Source: an uncultured Pseudomonadota bacterium
GTDB taxonomy: Bacteria > Vulcanimicrobiota > Vulcanimicrobiia > Eremiobacterales > Eremiobacteraceae
Direction of reading: 5' to 3'
DNA: 64,000 nucleotides
Assembly (NCBI GenBank): GCA_963736005.1
Contig: CAVTNB010000003.1
Coordinates: 192,001 to 256,000 of the forward strand
The notes beneath the pieces were generated by a model that saw only the letters and a program-made list of their open reading frames with translations, was not told the DNA's origin and ran no database searches. The first letter of the stretch is position 1, and each line of letters begins with the position of its first letter. The translations under genes were made by a program, and so were the position numbers. Below, in pieces: positions 47,264 to 56,564 of this stretch.

Positions 47264-47680
47264 TTAGGTTTTGAGTTGGGACTGAAGGGCGCTGAATTTC
47301 GGAGCGAGTGCGTTGTACAGATCTTCGTACCCGCCCTCCTTGTGAAGCATGTCGAGCACGGTCATGCCCATCTGCGCCGCTTGGCTTGCTTTCGCGTCTT
47401 CACCCAGTCCATGGAGCGCCATGGCGCCGATGTACGCGCTATGCACGACCGAGGGAAAGCCCACCTTTGGGTCGTTGCAGTTCTTCGCATACAGCGCGAG
47501 CTGGCCGGCGGACTGTCTCGCGTCTGTCCAGCGTTGTTGATCGAGAAACGCGTAGCCCTGACGAGCCAAGACCTGGGCGTCCGACGAATTGCATTCGTCG
47601 GCGCGCACGGCCAGCGGCACCGTCAACACTGCGGTGACAAAAAGAACGCACAAAGCTCGCTGCAGAAGAAATGTCCTCAT
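47264..47680 (-). CDS. Hypothetical secreted helical (TPR-like) protein
   Basis: Signal peptide ending AVRA; helical pattern. Confidence 0.6.
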   Translation of the reverse strand: MRTFLLQRALCVLFVTAVLTVPLAVRADECNSSDAQVLARQGYAFLDQQRWTDARQSAGQLALYAKNCNDPKVGFPSVVHSAYIGAMALHGLGEDAKASQAAQMGMTVLDMLHKEGGYEDLYNALAPKFSALQSQLKT

Positions 47681-47761
47681 GCTTTGGATATCGTGCCGAG
47701 TGAATCGAAAAGTAAGGGACGGCACTACGCCGCCCCTTTGGATGTGTCCGCGGCCACGATT

Positions 47762-48595
47762 TTATTCCGCGGTGAATTTGGCCATTCGCTTGTTGACGTA
47801 GGCGTCGAGCCCTTCCTTGGCATCCTTGCTTTGGAAGAGCAGCTGTTGGAGTTCGCGCTCGATTGCAAGCGACTCGGAGAAGGGCACCTCGCCGCCCGAA
47901 ACAACCGCACGCTTGATATTTCCAACCGCTTTTGCCGCCTTGTTCGGTGTGGTGAATTGTTTGGCATACGAGAGCACTTCATCGAGGAACGCCTCGCCGT
48001 GGCCATCATAAATGTCATTCACCAAACCAAGTTCTTGCGCTTCCTCAAACGAGAAGGTGCGGCCCGTAACCATGAGTTCGATCGCCTTCGCGCGACCGAT
48101 GAGCCTGGTGATGCGCTGGGTGCCGCCCGTGCCCGGCAAAACGCCTAACGCAACCTCGGGTAGCCCGATTTTCCCAGCGTTTCGACGCGCTAAGCGAATG
48201 TCGGCCGCCATGGCAATTTCCAGACCGCCGCCGACCGTGTGACCGTTGAGCGCGGCAATGACGAGTTTGGGCGTTTGTTCGAGGCGGGTCAGCGTCTCGT
48301 TGGCATGAAGGCAAAAGAAATACTTGAACGTGGGATCGACTCGCTGCAACATCCCAATGTTCGCGCCGGCGCAGAAAAACTTCTCGCCCTCGCCCGTGAG
48401 AACGATCACTTGCACGTCCTTGTCGAAGCGCGCCTTCAGAATCGCGTCATCGAGCTCGCGCATCATTTCATGCGTGTAGGTATTTGCCGGCGGGTCGTCG
48501 AGCGTGATGATCGCGACATGCTCGCCTTCCTTGCGGTATTTCACGAGCGCCTTGGCGCTCGCGGGTTTGTTCTCACTGTCAACTTTAATGGCCAT
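47762..48595 (-). CDS. Enoyl-CoA hydratase/isomerase family protein
   Basis: FFCAGANI, GGGLE, GLPEVALGVLPGTGGTQR. Confidence 0.9.
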   Translation of the reverse strand: MAIKVDSENKPASAKALVKYRKEGEHVAIITLDDPPANTYTHEMMRELDDAILKARFDKDVQVIVLTGEGEKFFCAGANIGMLQRVDPTFKYFFCLHANETLTRLEQTPKLVIAALNGHTVGGGLEIAMAADIRLARRNAGKIGLPEVALGVLPGTGGTQRITRLIGRAKAIELMVTGRTFSFEEAQELGLVNDIYDGHGEAFLDEVLSYAKQFTTPNKAAKAVGNIKRAVVSGGEVPFSESLAIERELQQLLFQSKDAKEGLDAYVNKRMAKFTAE

Positions 48596-48620
48596 TTGTT
48601 TCCTCTCCGGTTGGGCGAAT

Positions 48621-48676
48621 GGGGCGATTTTCAATCGCCCCCTACATTTGGGGCGACTTGACAGTCGCCCGCTACG
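48621..48676. repeat. REP-like family B, two copies
   Basis: GGGGCGATTTTCAATCGCCCCCTACAT and GGGCGACTTGACAGTCGCCCGCTACG. Confidence 0.8.
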
Positions 48677-48688
48677 TTTGGGCGGCGA

Positions 48689-49801
48689 TTAGGCGGCGCG
48701 GGCTTCTACCCAGTCCTCGCGCTTGAAGAGCTCGGCCAGGAGCTTCTCGTCTTCTTCGCTGGGCAAGACTTCGCGCAAATGCTCCTCGTACTGGTCGCTA
48801 TCCAAGATTCGGCCATCGACCGAGTATCGCTTGCCTGCGAACTCGCCAATCTGCCGGTTAAAGCGGATATCGGCCACATAGAGCTTTTCGTCGCCGGAAA
48901 TCGAGGAGTTGACTTGGGCGACGAGCTTCGAACATTCGTCATAGTACTGCCGGCGGGCGTAATCGTTGAGCAGCTCCTTATCCGCTGCTCCCTCTTCTTT
49001 GTCTTCTTCGGGGCGGCCCTTGATGCCCCAAATGTATGCCCACACGGCACTCGAGGAATGATCGTTGCCAAACAGATCCAGCGAACCTGATAGCCACTTG
49101 TTGTGATATTTCTGCTGCACGCTGACTGGCACCACGTTTGCTTTCGCCACCCGTTTCAAGCCCGTCAGACCGGTTCCCAGGTGGAACGATTCTTCTTTAA
49201 GCATCGGCCCCATGCTGCGCGAGAGCGGTGCGAACCCGCAGTGCGAGAGCATCTGCAACTGGAACTTGCCATCGCGGTCCATGTAATTTTGGTAGGCGAA
49301 GAGATCGAGCCAATGCTTGACTGGGTTGTTGAACGCGTTGAGTAAGCGCGTGCCCTGATCTGCGCGCCGCGTGAGCATCTTCTCCGCCTCGATCCGCCCA
49401 TCGTTGCCAAAGTGATTGACGAGCAGGTGGCACATCTGGTAGCCGTGTCGCGTCTCCTCAATAAACACGCGCGCAATGGAGTATAGGTCGTACTCGGAAG
49501 GCGCGATGCGCAACAGGAGACGTTGCTGTTCGTTGGAGGCAAACTCGGTGTCGCCCTGATAGATGATCATGTTGAGGACCGCGTCACGCATGCGCTGGTC
49601 CGGAATCTGCATGACCTTATCCCACTTGCGTTGACCAGCGAATTCGCCGAACTCTATTTCATCGCTGCGGAGATCGCCGTATTTTGCTTCGAGGTTGTAC
49701 ACCCCAAGGACGCGGGTGAAAATTTCCGGGTCAACGTCCAGGTCTTTTTGCCACATCCGCATGATTTCGACCCAGTCGTCAAAGGTCTTGATGCGTGCCA
49801 T
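48689..49801 (-). CDS. BoxB/PaaA-like di-iron aromatic-CoA epoxidase subunit (short form)
   Basis: QGDTEFASNEQQ, EETRH, DRDGKFQL, EESFH; GGAGG RBS. Confidence 0.8.
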   Translation of the reverse strand: MARIKTFDDWVEIMRMWQKDLDVDPEIFTRVLGVYNLEAKYGDLRSDEIEFGEFAGQRKWDKVMQIPDQRMRDAVLNMIIYQGDTEFASNEQQRLLLRIAPSEYDLYSIARVFIEETRHGYQMCHLLVNHFGNDGRIEAEKMLTRRADQGTRLLNAFNNPVKHWLDLFAYQNYMDRDGKFQLQMLSHCGFAPLSRSMGPMLKEESFHLGTGLTGLKRVAKANVVPVSVQQKYHNKWLSGSLDLFGNDHSSSAVWAYIWGIKGRPEEDKEEGAADKELLNDYARRQYYDECSKLVAQVNSSISGDEKLYVADIRFNRQIGEFAGKRYSVDGRILDSDQYEEHLREVLPSEEDEKLLAELFKREDWVEARAA

Positions 49802-49883
49802 CCAGGAGCCTCCGAAATAATGTGGTATTTTTACCACGGTCGCGATAAATTCGCCACATAATTTTAACAGGTTCTGGAGGACC

Positions 49884-50756
49884 ATGCAACTGCCCAAATC
49901 CGCACGCCTGACGCCACCGGGTCTTGCTCGCCTCCGGCCACGCTCGATGCTCTTCACTTTGTTCGGAGATTACGTCTATCCAGAAGGTGGGGAGATTCGC
50001 CTGGGCGCCCTCGTGACACTCGGGAAGGTCTTAGGGATGTCCGAAACGGCGGTGCGATCGGCCGTCGCGCGGCTGGCACGTGAGCGGTGGATTCGCGCGC
50101 GACGGCGCGGCCGCAGATCGTTCTATCGTTTGTCGCCCGCAGGTCGCGCGCTCATAGAGGAAGGAACACGGCGCATCTACCGAGCGAATGGGCGCACCTG
50201 GAATCAGCGCTGGTGCCTGCTCACCTATTCCATTCCGGAAAGCAAGCGAGCGCTGCGCGACCGGATGCGCAAGCAGCTCGCCTGGCTCGGCTTTGGGGCG
50301 CTTGGCTCCGGCATTTACCTGGCCGCGCGCGACCGAAGCGATGACGTCCGCCGACTCGCACGCAGAGTCGGCACCGTCAATTTCGCCCGCACCTTTTTAG
50401 CCAAAGGCGTCGGAGACACGCGCGACGCGCAGCTCGTGAACCAGTGTTGGGATCTTCAAGCGATCGGGCGCGCCTACGAAGCCTTCATCCGTACCTACGA
50501 TCCGCGCTTCGCCAAAGACAAAATGCTCCGTCATCGCGGAAAACTTGACGATGCCGATGCATTCGTCGCGCGCTTCATGCTCACGCACGACTTCCGAAGA
50601 TTCCCGTTTATCGATCCGGATCTACCCGACCAGCTCTTGCCTGCGAACTGGGGTGGCAAGCGTGCACGGAAACTCTTTGCGCGATATCACACCTTGTTGA
50701 CCGAGGGGGCGTTGCGCTTCTTTGAATCTTGTACTTGGGCAAGTTCATCAGGATAA
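49884..50756 (+). CDS. paaX: PaaX family transcriptional repressor
   Basis: SMLFTLFGDY, AVRSAVARL, LAWLGFG, WDL, DPDLP..LLP.NW.G. Confidence 0.9.
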   Translation: MQLPKSARLTPPGLARLRPRSMLFTLFGDYVYPEGGEIRLGALVTLGKVLGMSETAVRSAVARLARERWIRARRRGRRSFYRLSPAGRALIEEGTRRIYRANGRTWNQRWCLLTYSIPESKRALRDRMRKQLAWLGFGALGSGIYLAARDRSDDVRRLARRVGTVNFARTFLAKGVGDTRDAQLVNQCWDLQAIGRAYEAFIRTYDPRFAKDKMLRHRGKLDDADAFVARFMLTHDFRRFPFIDPDLPDQLLPANWGGKRARKLFARYHTLLTEGALRFFESCTWASSSG

Positions 50757-51595
50757 TCGTACACGCCCCGGCCCACTTTTCTCCCAAGACGGCCGGCCTT
50801 GACATACTTGACAAGCAAAGGGCAGGGCCGAAACTTTTCGCCGAGCGTCGCGTGCAGGTACTCGAGCACCCGCAGCCTCGTGTCGAGGCCGACGAGGTCG
50901 ATCATCTCAAATGGACCCATGGGATGGTTGAGCCCAAGCTTCATCGCTTTATCGATATCCCGGGCCGTTGCGACGCCTTCCATGAGCATGTAGAAAGCCT
51001 CGTTGCCGATCATCGCATTGATCCGACTCGTCGCAAAGCCCGGCGCCTCGTTGACGAGCACCGTTTCCTTCCCGCTTTGCGCGGCAACGGCTTGTGCGAC
51101 CTCGACTGCCCGAACGCCAGTTTCGAGGCCTCGCACAATTTCAATTAATTTCATGATGTGCGCAGGGTTGAAGTAATGCATGCCGATCACGCGGGAGGGA
51201 TCCTTCACCGCGGCGGCAATTTCGGTGATCGAGAGCGCGGAGGTATTGGTGGCGAAAATTGTTTGTGGCGGACAGAGTGCATCCAGTTGCGCGAACACGC
51301 TATGCTTGAGCGACATTTCTTCTGGTACGGCTTCGATCGCGAGATCCGCCTTTGATGCGGCGGCAAGCGCGGTTGAGGATGACAGTCTTGCCCGAGTTGC
51401 CTGCGCTTGCTCCGGCGTTACCTTGCCTCGCTCGACGCCGGCTAGAAGATTCTTCTCGATGGTTGCCATGCCGCGCTCGAGGGCTTGGCGCACCGTGTCC
51501 ACAAGCACGACCTCAAAGCCGCCTGCCGCTAGGCTATGAGCGATGCCGTTGCCCATGACGCCCGCGCCGACGACCACGACCGACCCTGTGGTCAA
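50687..51595 (-). CDS. 3-hydroxyacyl-CoA dehydrogenase (PaaH/Hbd-like)
   Basis: GAGVMG, EAVPE, TNTS, GMHYFNP, HPMGP, GRLGRK. Confidence 0.9.
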   Translation of the reverse strand: MTTGSVVVVGAGVMGNGIAHSLAAGGFEVVLVDTVRQALERGMATIEKNLLAGVERGKVTPEQAQATRARLSSSTALAAASKADLAIEAVPEEMSLKHSVFAQLDALCPPQTIFATNTSALSITEIAAAVKDPSRVIGMHYFNPAHIMKLIEIVRGLETGVRAVEVAQAVAAQSGKETVLVNEAPGFATSRINAMIGNEAFYMLMEGVATARDIDKAMKLGLNHPMGPFEMIDLVGLDTRLRVLEYLHATLGEKFRPCPLLVKYVKAGRLGRKVGRGVYDYPDELAQVQDSKKRNAPSVNKV

Positions 51596-51600
51596 ACGTG

Positions 51601-52005
51601 CTATCCGATGCCGCCCGCTCGACGATGCATGGTTTCCATGTTCCAGGCGAGCATGCCGACGTGCCGGATCGCTTTGACCAATCGGTCGAAGACAGGCTCT
51701 CGATCGAGCGCAGCGTTTGCCGTGCGCATGTCATCGATGTATCTGCTCAGCGTGGCGACCCGCTTCATCGTGCCCGCCCACGCCCCGATGGGCTGCGAGG
51801 CGGTGACACCGCCGATCCTTTGCAGCACGGGAGGCTGTGGGGCATCGGGATACGCAATCGTGAATTCAAGCCGGGCGAGCGAATAGTCAGCGATGGCTCG
51901 ATTGAGTCGGGAAATGCCGATGTGCAAATGTCGTGCCACTCGTCCCCCTCGTCGCGTTGCGGTAGCGCGATGAGCGCCCCTTCGCGCGAGGGGCAGCCGC
52001 CTCAT
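51601..52005 (-). CDS. Hypothetical protein (start uncertain)
   Basis: ORF ends 5 nt before the dehydrogenase start; no recognised motifs. Confidence 0.4.
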   Translation of the reverse strand: MRRLPLARRGAHRATATRRGGRVARHLHIGISRLNRAIADYSLARLEFTIAYPDAPQPPVLQRIGGVTASQPIGAWAGTMKRVATLSRYIDDMRTANAALDREPVFDRLVKAIRHVGMLAWNMETMHRRAGGIG

Positions 52006-52017
52006 CCTCGCGCTTCA

Positions 52018-52446
52018 GTGAAAATTAAGCGCTTGCGGCCTGGCGCTGCATCGCAACTTTTTCAGTACCTGCACGATAAGGACATTTGGCCCGTGCCGCG
52101 CGAGGCCGATCTTGCTTCGTTCTTAGGGCAAAAAGACGCGGTAGTATTCTGCGCCCTCGCAGACGGCCAGATTGCCAGCGTGCTGAGCGGGGTCATCGAC
52201 CAGACGACGGTTCGATTGGTTCACGTTCTTATCGAAGCAGGCAGCAGGGAGCGAGCGCGGCTTCTGCTGTCTTGTTTTGAAACGTTTGCCAGAGAAGCCA
52301 ACGCACGCGTCGTTTTTGCTCAAGTGGTGCGCGATTCGCACGCTCATCGAGCGCTTTTGGAGAACAACTACACGCAAGATTTTACGGAGACAGACGTCGT
52401 CGCCGGCCGAATCGTTTCCATGGTCGATTTGACCAAAATTCTCTAG
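52018..52446 (+). CDS. GNAT-fold-like hypothetical protein
   Basis: VVFCALADGQIA, R.RARLLL..FE..AR pattern; weak similarity. Confidence 0.5.
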   Translation: MKIKRLRPGAASQLFQYLHDKDIWPVPREADLASFLGQKDAVVFCALADGQIASVLSGVIDQTTVRLVHVLIEAGSRERARLLLSCFETFAREANARVVFAQVVRDSHAHRALLENNYTQDFTETDVVAGRIVSMVDLTKIL

Positions 52447-52507
52447 CTTCGTTCCCGGATAGACTCGTCTTTCTCTCGCGTGATATACTAAGCGTGAGGA
52501 GCGTTGT

Positions 52508-53041
52508 ATGCCCGAAATCATCCTGCCGGACGCTAAGCCCGCGTTCGAATGGGTCAACGGTCGTTTTCTACAAAAAGTGAGCCCGCAGCGCAAACATGCG
52601 CTTGCGCAGACACGTTTCGCCGTGGCCCTGGATGCCTGGTCAGCTGCGCTCGACAACGGCATGGTGGGCACCGAATGGCGCTTTGCGCTCCAGCCACCCG
52701 GCGAGGAACGACGCACCCTCGTGCCGGATATCGCATTCCTTTCCTACGAGCGGATGCCGAGCGAGGAGCAAGAGATGACTGACGTGCCGTGCATCGCTCC
52801 AGATGCGGTCGTCGAAATACTGTCTCCCGACGATCGAAGGGAGGACGTCAAAGAAAAATCGCGCGTCTATCTTGCCGCTGGGACGAGAGTCATCTTTATC
52901 GTTGACCCTGACCAGAGAACCGTCATTGCGCGCGATGCGAGCGGGTCGCGTATCGCGCGCGATTCAGAAATGCTCGAACACTCCGCCCTGCCTGGCTTTT
53001 GCATGCCAGTGCGCACGCTGTTTCAACTCCGCCGCAAATAA
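52508..53041 (+). CDS. Uma2 family endonuclease
   Basis: EWVNG, SP..KH, VPDIAF, PDAVVEILSP, YLAAG, VDP. Confidence 0.9.
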   Translation: MPEIILPDAKPAFEWVNGRFLQKVSPQRKHALAQTRFAVALDAWSAALDNGMVGTEWRFALQPPGEERRTLVPDIAFLSYERMPSEEQEMTDVPCIAPDAVVEILSPDDRREDVKEKSRVYLAAGTRVIFIVDPDQRTVIARDASGSRIARDSEMLEHSALPGFCMPVRTLFQLRRK

Positions 53042-53049
53042 TTCGAGAT

Positions 53050-53544
53050 TCAGGCCTTGGGATGGAAGGTGAGCGCTACACCGTTCATGCAGTAGCGCAA
53101 CCCCGTGGGCTTTGGCCCATCGTCAAACACATGACCCAAATGGCTGCCGCAGCGGCTGCAATGCACTTCAGTGCGAGTCTCGATCCACGAATTGTCGACC
53201 GAAGTTTCGACCGCATTTGGCAACGGAGCCCAAAAACTCGGCCAACCGGTACCGCTGTCGAACTTGGTTGCGGATGAGAATAGCGCGAGATCGCAGCCGG
53301 CGCACGAGAACGTACCTTCCCGATGCTCCTTCTCGAGCGGGCTACTAAAAGCAGGCTCGGTTCCCGCCTGTCTTAGGACCGCGTACTGTTCGGGGGTGAG
53401 CCGGGCGCGCCACTGCGCGTCGGTCAATTCGAATTCATAATGTTTCGTCTGAGCCAAAGCGATGGATCTCCTTCCCATGACTCGTTCGGCGATAAAAGCG
53501 ACCCCGATCGCGAGGCCCGCTCGTAGCAATGTCTGTCGGGTCAT
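53050..53544 (-). CDS. msrB: Peptide-methionine (R)-S-oxide reductase with N-terminal export signal
   Basis: GTEPAF, KFDSGTGWPSF, HLGHVFDDGP, RYCMN. Confidence 0.95.
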   Translation of the reverse strand: MTRQTLLRAGLAIGVAFIAERVMGRRSIALAQTKHYEFELTDAQWRARLTPEQYAVLRQAGTEPAFSSPLEKEHREGTFSCAGCDLALFSSATKFDSGTGWPSFWAPLPNAVETSVDNSWIETRTEVHCSRCGSHLGHVFDDGPKPTGLRYCMNGVALTFHPKA

Positions 53545-53627
53545 AGGTTCTTTATTGCCTCCTGGGGCGATTTCGACACATTGATCCCTTCACTCATTAT
53601 ACGCGCCAGCGGGCCAAATGGTTTACT

Positions 53628-54191
53628 TTACGTGTCGTGATCCACATAATATGCCCCCCGAATCTTCTGGATGAGTCCGATGGCCACTTGGGCGCCATGC
53701 CCGGCTGAAATGATCGCCTGACTCGGCAAGCCTGTGATCCGACCGACCGCCAAGCAGCCCGCCACGCGAGTTTGGCCGACCGCATCAACGCTGACGAATT
53801 TGTTGCCGAAACCCCCAAGCGTCAACCCAAGTTGCAGGGCCAGGTCCGTCCGCTTGTTCGAGGCGATGATAAAATGAGTGCAGGTGCATGAGCGCCCGCT
53901 TGCATCGATCTCAAATCCATCGCTTGTCTTTCGTACCGCGGTGATTTGGTCATCGAAGCAACGCACGCCGAAGCGCTCCACTTGCCGGCGGCCCAGATCC
54001 AACAGCTCCGCGCCGCCGACGCCTTCCGGAAACCCAAGATAGTTATATACCTTTGCGACGCGTCGCAAGCTCGACTGCGCGCCATCGAAAACGGCAACGT
54101 TGACGCCCGCTCGCGCCAAGAACAAAGCGCATGACAAGCCGGCTGCTCCGCCGCCGGCAATGATGACATCAAAACGCTCCCGAGCGATCAT
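53628..54191 (-). CDS. Short FAD-dependent oxidoreductase (TrxR-like)
   Basis: GGGAAG, NYLGFPEG, SQAIISAG.G, C-terminal YVDHD. Confidence 0.8.
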   Translation of the reverse strand: MIARERFDVIIAGGGAAGLSCALFLARAGVNVAVFDGAQSSLRRVAKVYNYLGFPEGVGGAELLDLGRRQVERFGVRCFDDQITAVRKTSDGFEIDASGRSCTCTHFIIASNKRTDLALQLGLTLGGFGNKFVSVDAVGQTRVAGCLAVGRITGLPSQAIISAGHGAQVAIGLIQKIRGAYYVDHDT

Positions 54192-55006
54192 AGCAAGCGC
54201 AGCTCGCCCGTCTCTTTTGGCGCGGGTTCGCCCAAGCGGACAATCATGCTGCGCACCGTGGCCGGAGCGTACCCCTCGTAGTCGTTGCTCGCGTAGGCGT
54301 AAATATCGGTGCACGTGGCTCGCAGCGAGCGGATCAAACGCTCCCAGACATCCAGCGACCCGCTGCGGTCAAGCTGTACGCAATCGTATTTTGGAAAACT
54401 CTGGTCGCCTAACCAGCGAATGTAGGCGTACGGAACGGCCGGTTGACGCACCAGCTCTTCGACGATTCTCGACGCCAGTGTGGTATCGCCGTGCGATCCG
54501 TCCGTCACCGCGAGCGTGAACTTCACGGCGCGGGCAAAATCAAAGAGCGTGCTATCGTACCAGCGCGGATCGCGAAGCTCGAGCGCGACCGGGAGATCTC
54601 CGGGCAGTTCCGTTTCCAAAAATGAAAAGAGCGCGGCGCGGGCATCTCGTGTCGGCGCAAAGTCAGGTGGGCACTGAATGAGGATGGCGCCCGCTTTGTC
54701 GCCCATCGCTCTGACGCGGGTGAGAAAGGCGGCAAAGTACGTGTCCGCGTTGACGAAGCGGCGCTCGTGCGTCACGGTCGAGGGCGTCTTGAAGGAAAAA
54801 GTAAAACCATCGCAACTGCGCTGGCGCCATAATTGGACCGTGGTCGCGCGCGGAATGCCATAGTACGACGAGTCGACCTCGACCGACGAAAAGATGCCAG
54901 AGTAAAACGCAAGCATGTCGGGCGCCTTGGTGCCAGGCGGGTAAAACGGTCCGACCCAGTCCTTATAATTCCAACTCGAGGTGCCGAAGTGGAGCCGAGC
55001 GCTCAC
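54188..55006 (-). CDS. DUF72 family protein
   Basis: GTSSW, FYP, VEVDSSYY, THE, QCPP, YIR, NDYEGYAP. Confidence 0.9.
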   Translation of the reverse strand: MSARLHFGTSSWNYKDWVGPFYPPGTKAPDMLAFYSGIFSSVEVDSSYYGIPRATTVQLWRQRSCDGFTFSFKTPSTVTHERRFVNADTYFAAFLTRVRAMGDKAGAILIQCPPDFAPTRDARAALFSFLETELPGDLPVALELRDPRWYDSTLFDFARAVKFTLAVTDGSHGDTTLASRIVEELVRQPAVPYAYIRWLGDQSFPKYDCVQLDRSGSLDVWERLIRSLRATCTDIYAYASNDYEGYAPATVRSMIVRLGEPAPKETGELRLL

Positions 55007-55698
55007 GCAAGGCTAAGCACGCCATCGATGGCAAGGCGCAGGTCGTCCGCAACCTCATCGGCTGGCCGATCGGCATCGATCACCTGAAAGCCATATTCGC
55101 TCGTCATGCTCTCGAATTGGTGCAGCACGCGAGCCTGGTATTCTTTAAACGAATCGAACATGTCGTTGCCCAAGCGCAAATCCATGCCCGATTCCCAATA
55201 ATTAAATCCCTTGCTTGAATTGATCGTTCGTTCGATCAGTTCGTTGACGCCCAACTTGAGGTACAGCACTTTGTCCGGTATCGGCGCGAAACCGTAGACT
55301 TCTCGAATCCACTGCGGATCCGCGCCTCGCACCACAGCTCGGGCGATGGCCGAGTAAATGTAGCGGTCGGCCAAGATGATGTAGCCGGAGCGCAAGCCAG
55401 GGATGATTTGGCCTTCGACGATATCGGCAAAGTCGGTCGCATAGTAAAGGAAGAGCGTGATGGAGCCCAGCGTGTGTCCTTGCTTGGCCTGCTTGATACC
55501 CTTGCCTGCGAGCTCGGAGCGCGTGAAGCCCGTTTCAATGACCGCGCTGCCGCGACCCTCGAGCCAGCGGCGCAGCTCGGCAATTTGCGTGGAGCGCCCG
55601 ACGCCATCGGGTCCTTCGACGACGATCAGCTTGCCGCGAATTTCTCCGACGCTCTCGAGATTGGTGGGAGCGTCGCCATAAAAACGAAGCTTCCTCAC
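55003..55698 (-). CDS. Thymidylate kinase-like protein 2 (P-loop K to R)
   Basis: EGPDGVGRST, ATDFAD, DRY. Confidence 0.82.
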   Translation of the reverse strand: MRKLRFYGDAPTNLESVGEIRGKLIVVEGPDGVGRSTQIAELRRWLEGRGSAVIETGFTRSELAGKGIKQAKQGHTLGSITLFLYYATDFADIVEGQIIPGLRSGYIILADRYIYSAIARAVVRGADPQWIREVYGFAPIPDKVLYLKLGVNELIERTINSSKGFNYWESGMDLRLGNDMFDSFKEYQARVLHQFESMTSEYGFQVIDADRPADEVADDLRLAIDGVLSLA

Positions 55699-56405
55699 GC
55701 TGATTTCGATTCCGGTTTGCCCTGCGCGCCAAGCCGGCTCTTCCGCGGCATATGCTTCTTGACGATATTTCGCATCTGCCGCTGTTGATCTTCGATGGTC
55801 TTCGTTGCATCCATGACGGTGAAGTTGAATTCATCCGTCATCTTTTCATACTCGCTGACGATGCGCGCCTGAAAGAGCCGAAACGATTCCATGGGATCCT
55901 GGGAGAGCCCGATATCGAGGCCGGCTTCGTAGTACTTGAGGTCAGGCCGGCCCATGACGATGCGGTCAAGCGCGACGTCCAAGGGCACGCGGAAGTAGAA
56001 CGCAACCGTTGGCGCTGCCGCGAAGCGATAGAGGTGACGCACCCAGCGTGGTGAGACTCCGCGCGCGACATCGCGGGCGAACGCCGTGAAGCAATAGCGG
56101 TCGCACAGCACGACTGCGCCCGCTTTGAGATACGGAATGATCTCGTGTTCAGTGCGGTCGGCGAAGTCGGTGGCGTGAATGAGGCTAAAGGTTGTGGGCG
56201 TGAGCAGTTGCTTCTTTTTTCCGCGCGAGGTCGTGTTCTTCACGAGCGGTGACGAATTCCACTCGGAGAACTTTACCGCATAGCCTTCGCTCTTGAGCCA
56301 CTCGTGCAGGAGGACGATCTGCGTGCTCTTGCCCGACCCGTCGATCCCTTCGACACAAAAAAGTCGGCCGGGATAGCGTTGGTCTGAAAGGCCGTTCAAA
56401 GACAT
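55695..56405 (-). CDS. Thymidylate kinase-like protein 1
   Basis: EGIDGSGKST, ATDFAD, DRY. Confidence 0.85.
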   Translation of the reverse strand: MSLNGLSDQRYPGRLFCVEGIDGSGKSTQIVLLHEWLKSEGYAVKFSEWNSSPLVKNTTSRGKKKQLLTPTTFSLIHATDFADRTEHEIIPYLKAGAVVLCDRYCFTAFARDVARGVSPRWVRHLYRFAAAPTVAFYFRVPLDVALDRIVMGRPDLKYYEAGLDIGLSQDPMESFRLFQARIVSEYEKMTDEFNFTVMDATKTIEDQQRQMRNIVKKHMPRKSRLGAQGKPESKSA

Positions 56406-56456
56406 AACTATGGGTAATTCGCAAGACGGCGTGGGGTCTCCTTAGCGGCACGTGAA

Positions 56457-56521
56457 GGGGCGATTGGAAAATCGCCCCGCGTAGTCCCGGTACATCTAGC
56501 GGGCGACGGTAAAGTCGCCCG
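56457..56521. repeat. REP-like family B, two copies
   Basis: GGGGCGATTGGAAAATCGCCCC and TAGCGGGCGACGGTAAAGTCGCCCG. Confidence 0.75.
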
Positions 56522-56564
56522 TCACCCGAGCAGGAGGCAGCCCTCCGCCGTTGCACAGGCGTTC

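Noticed and set aside
52508..53041. Uma2 nuclease as a defence system
   Set aside because: A standalone member of a commonly expanded family, with no methylase or other defence genes nearby.
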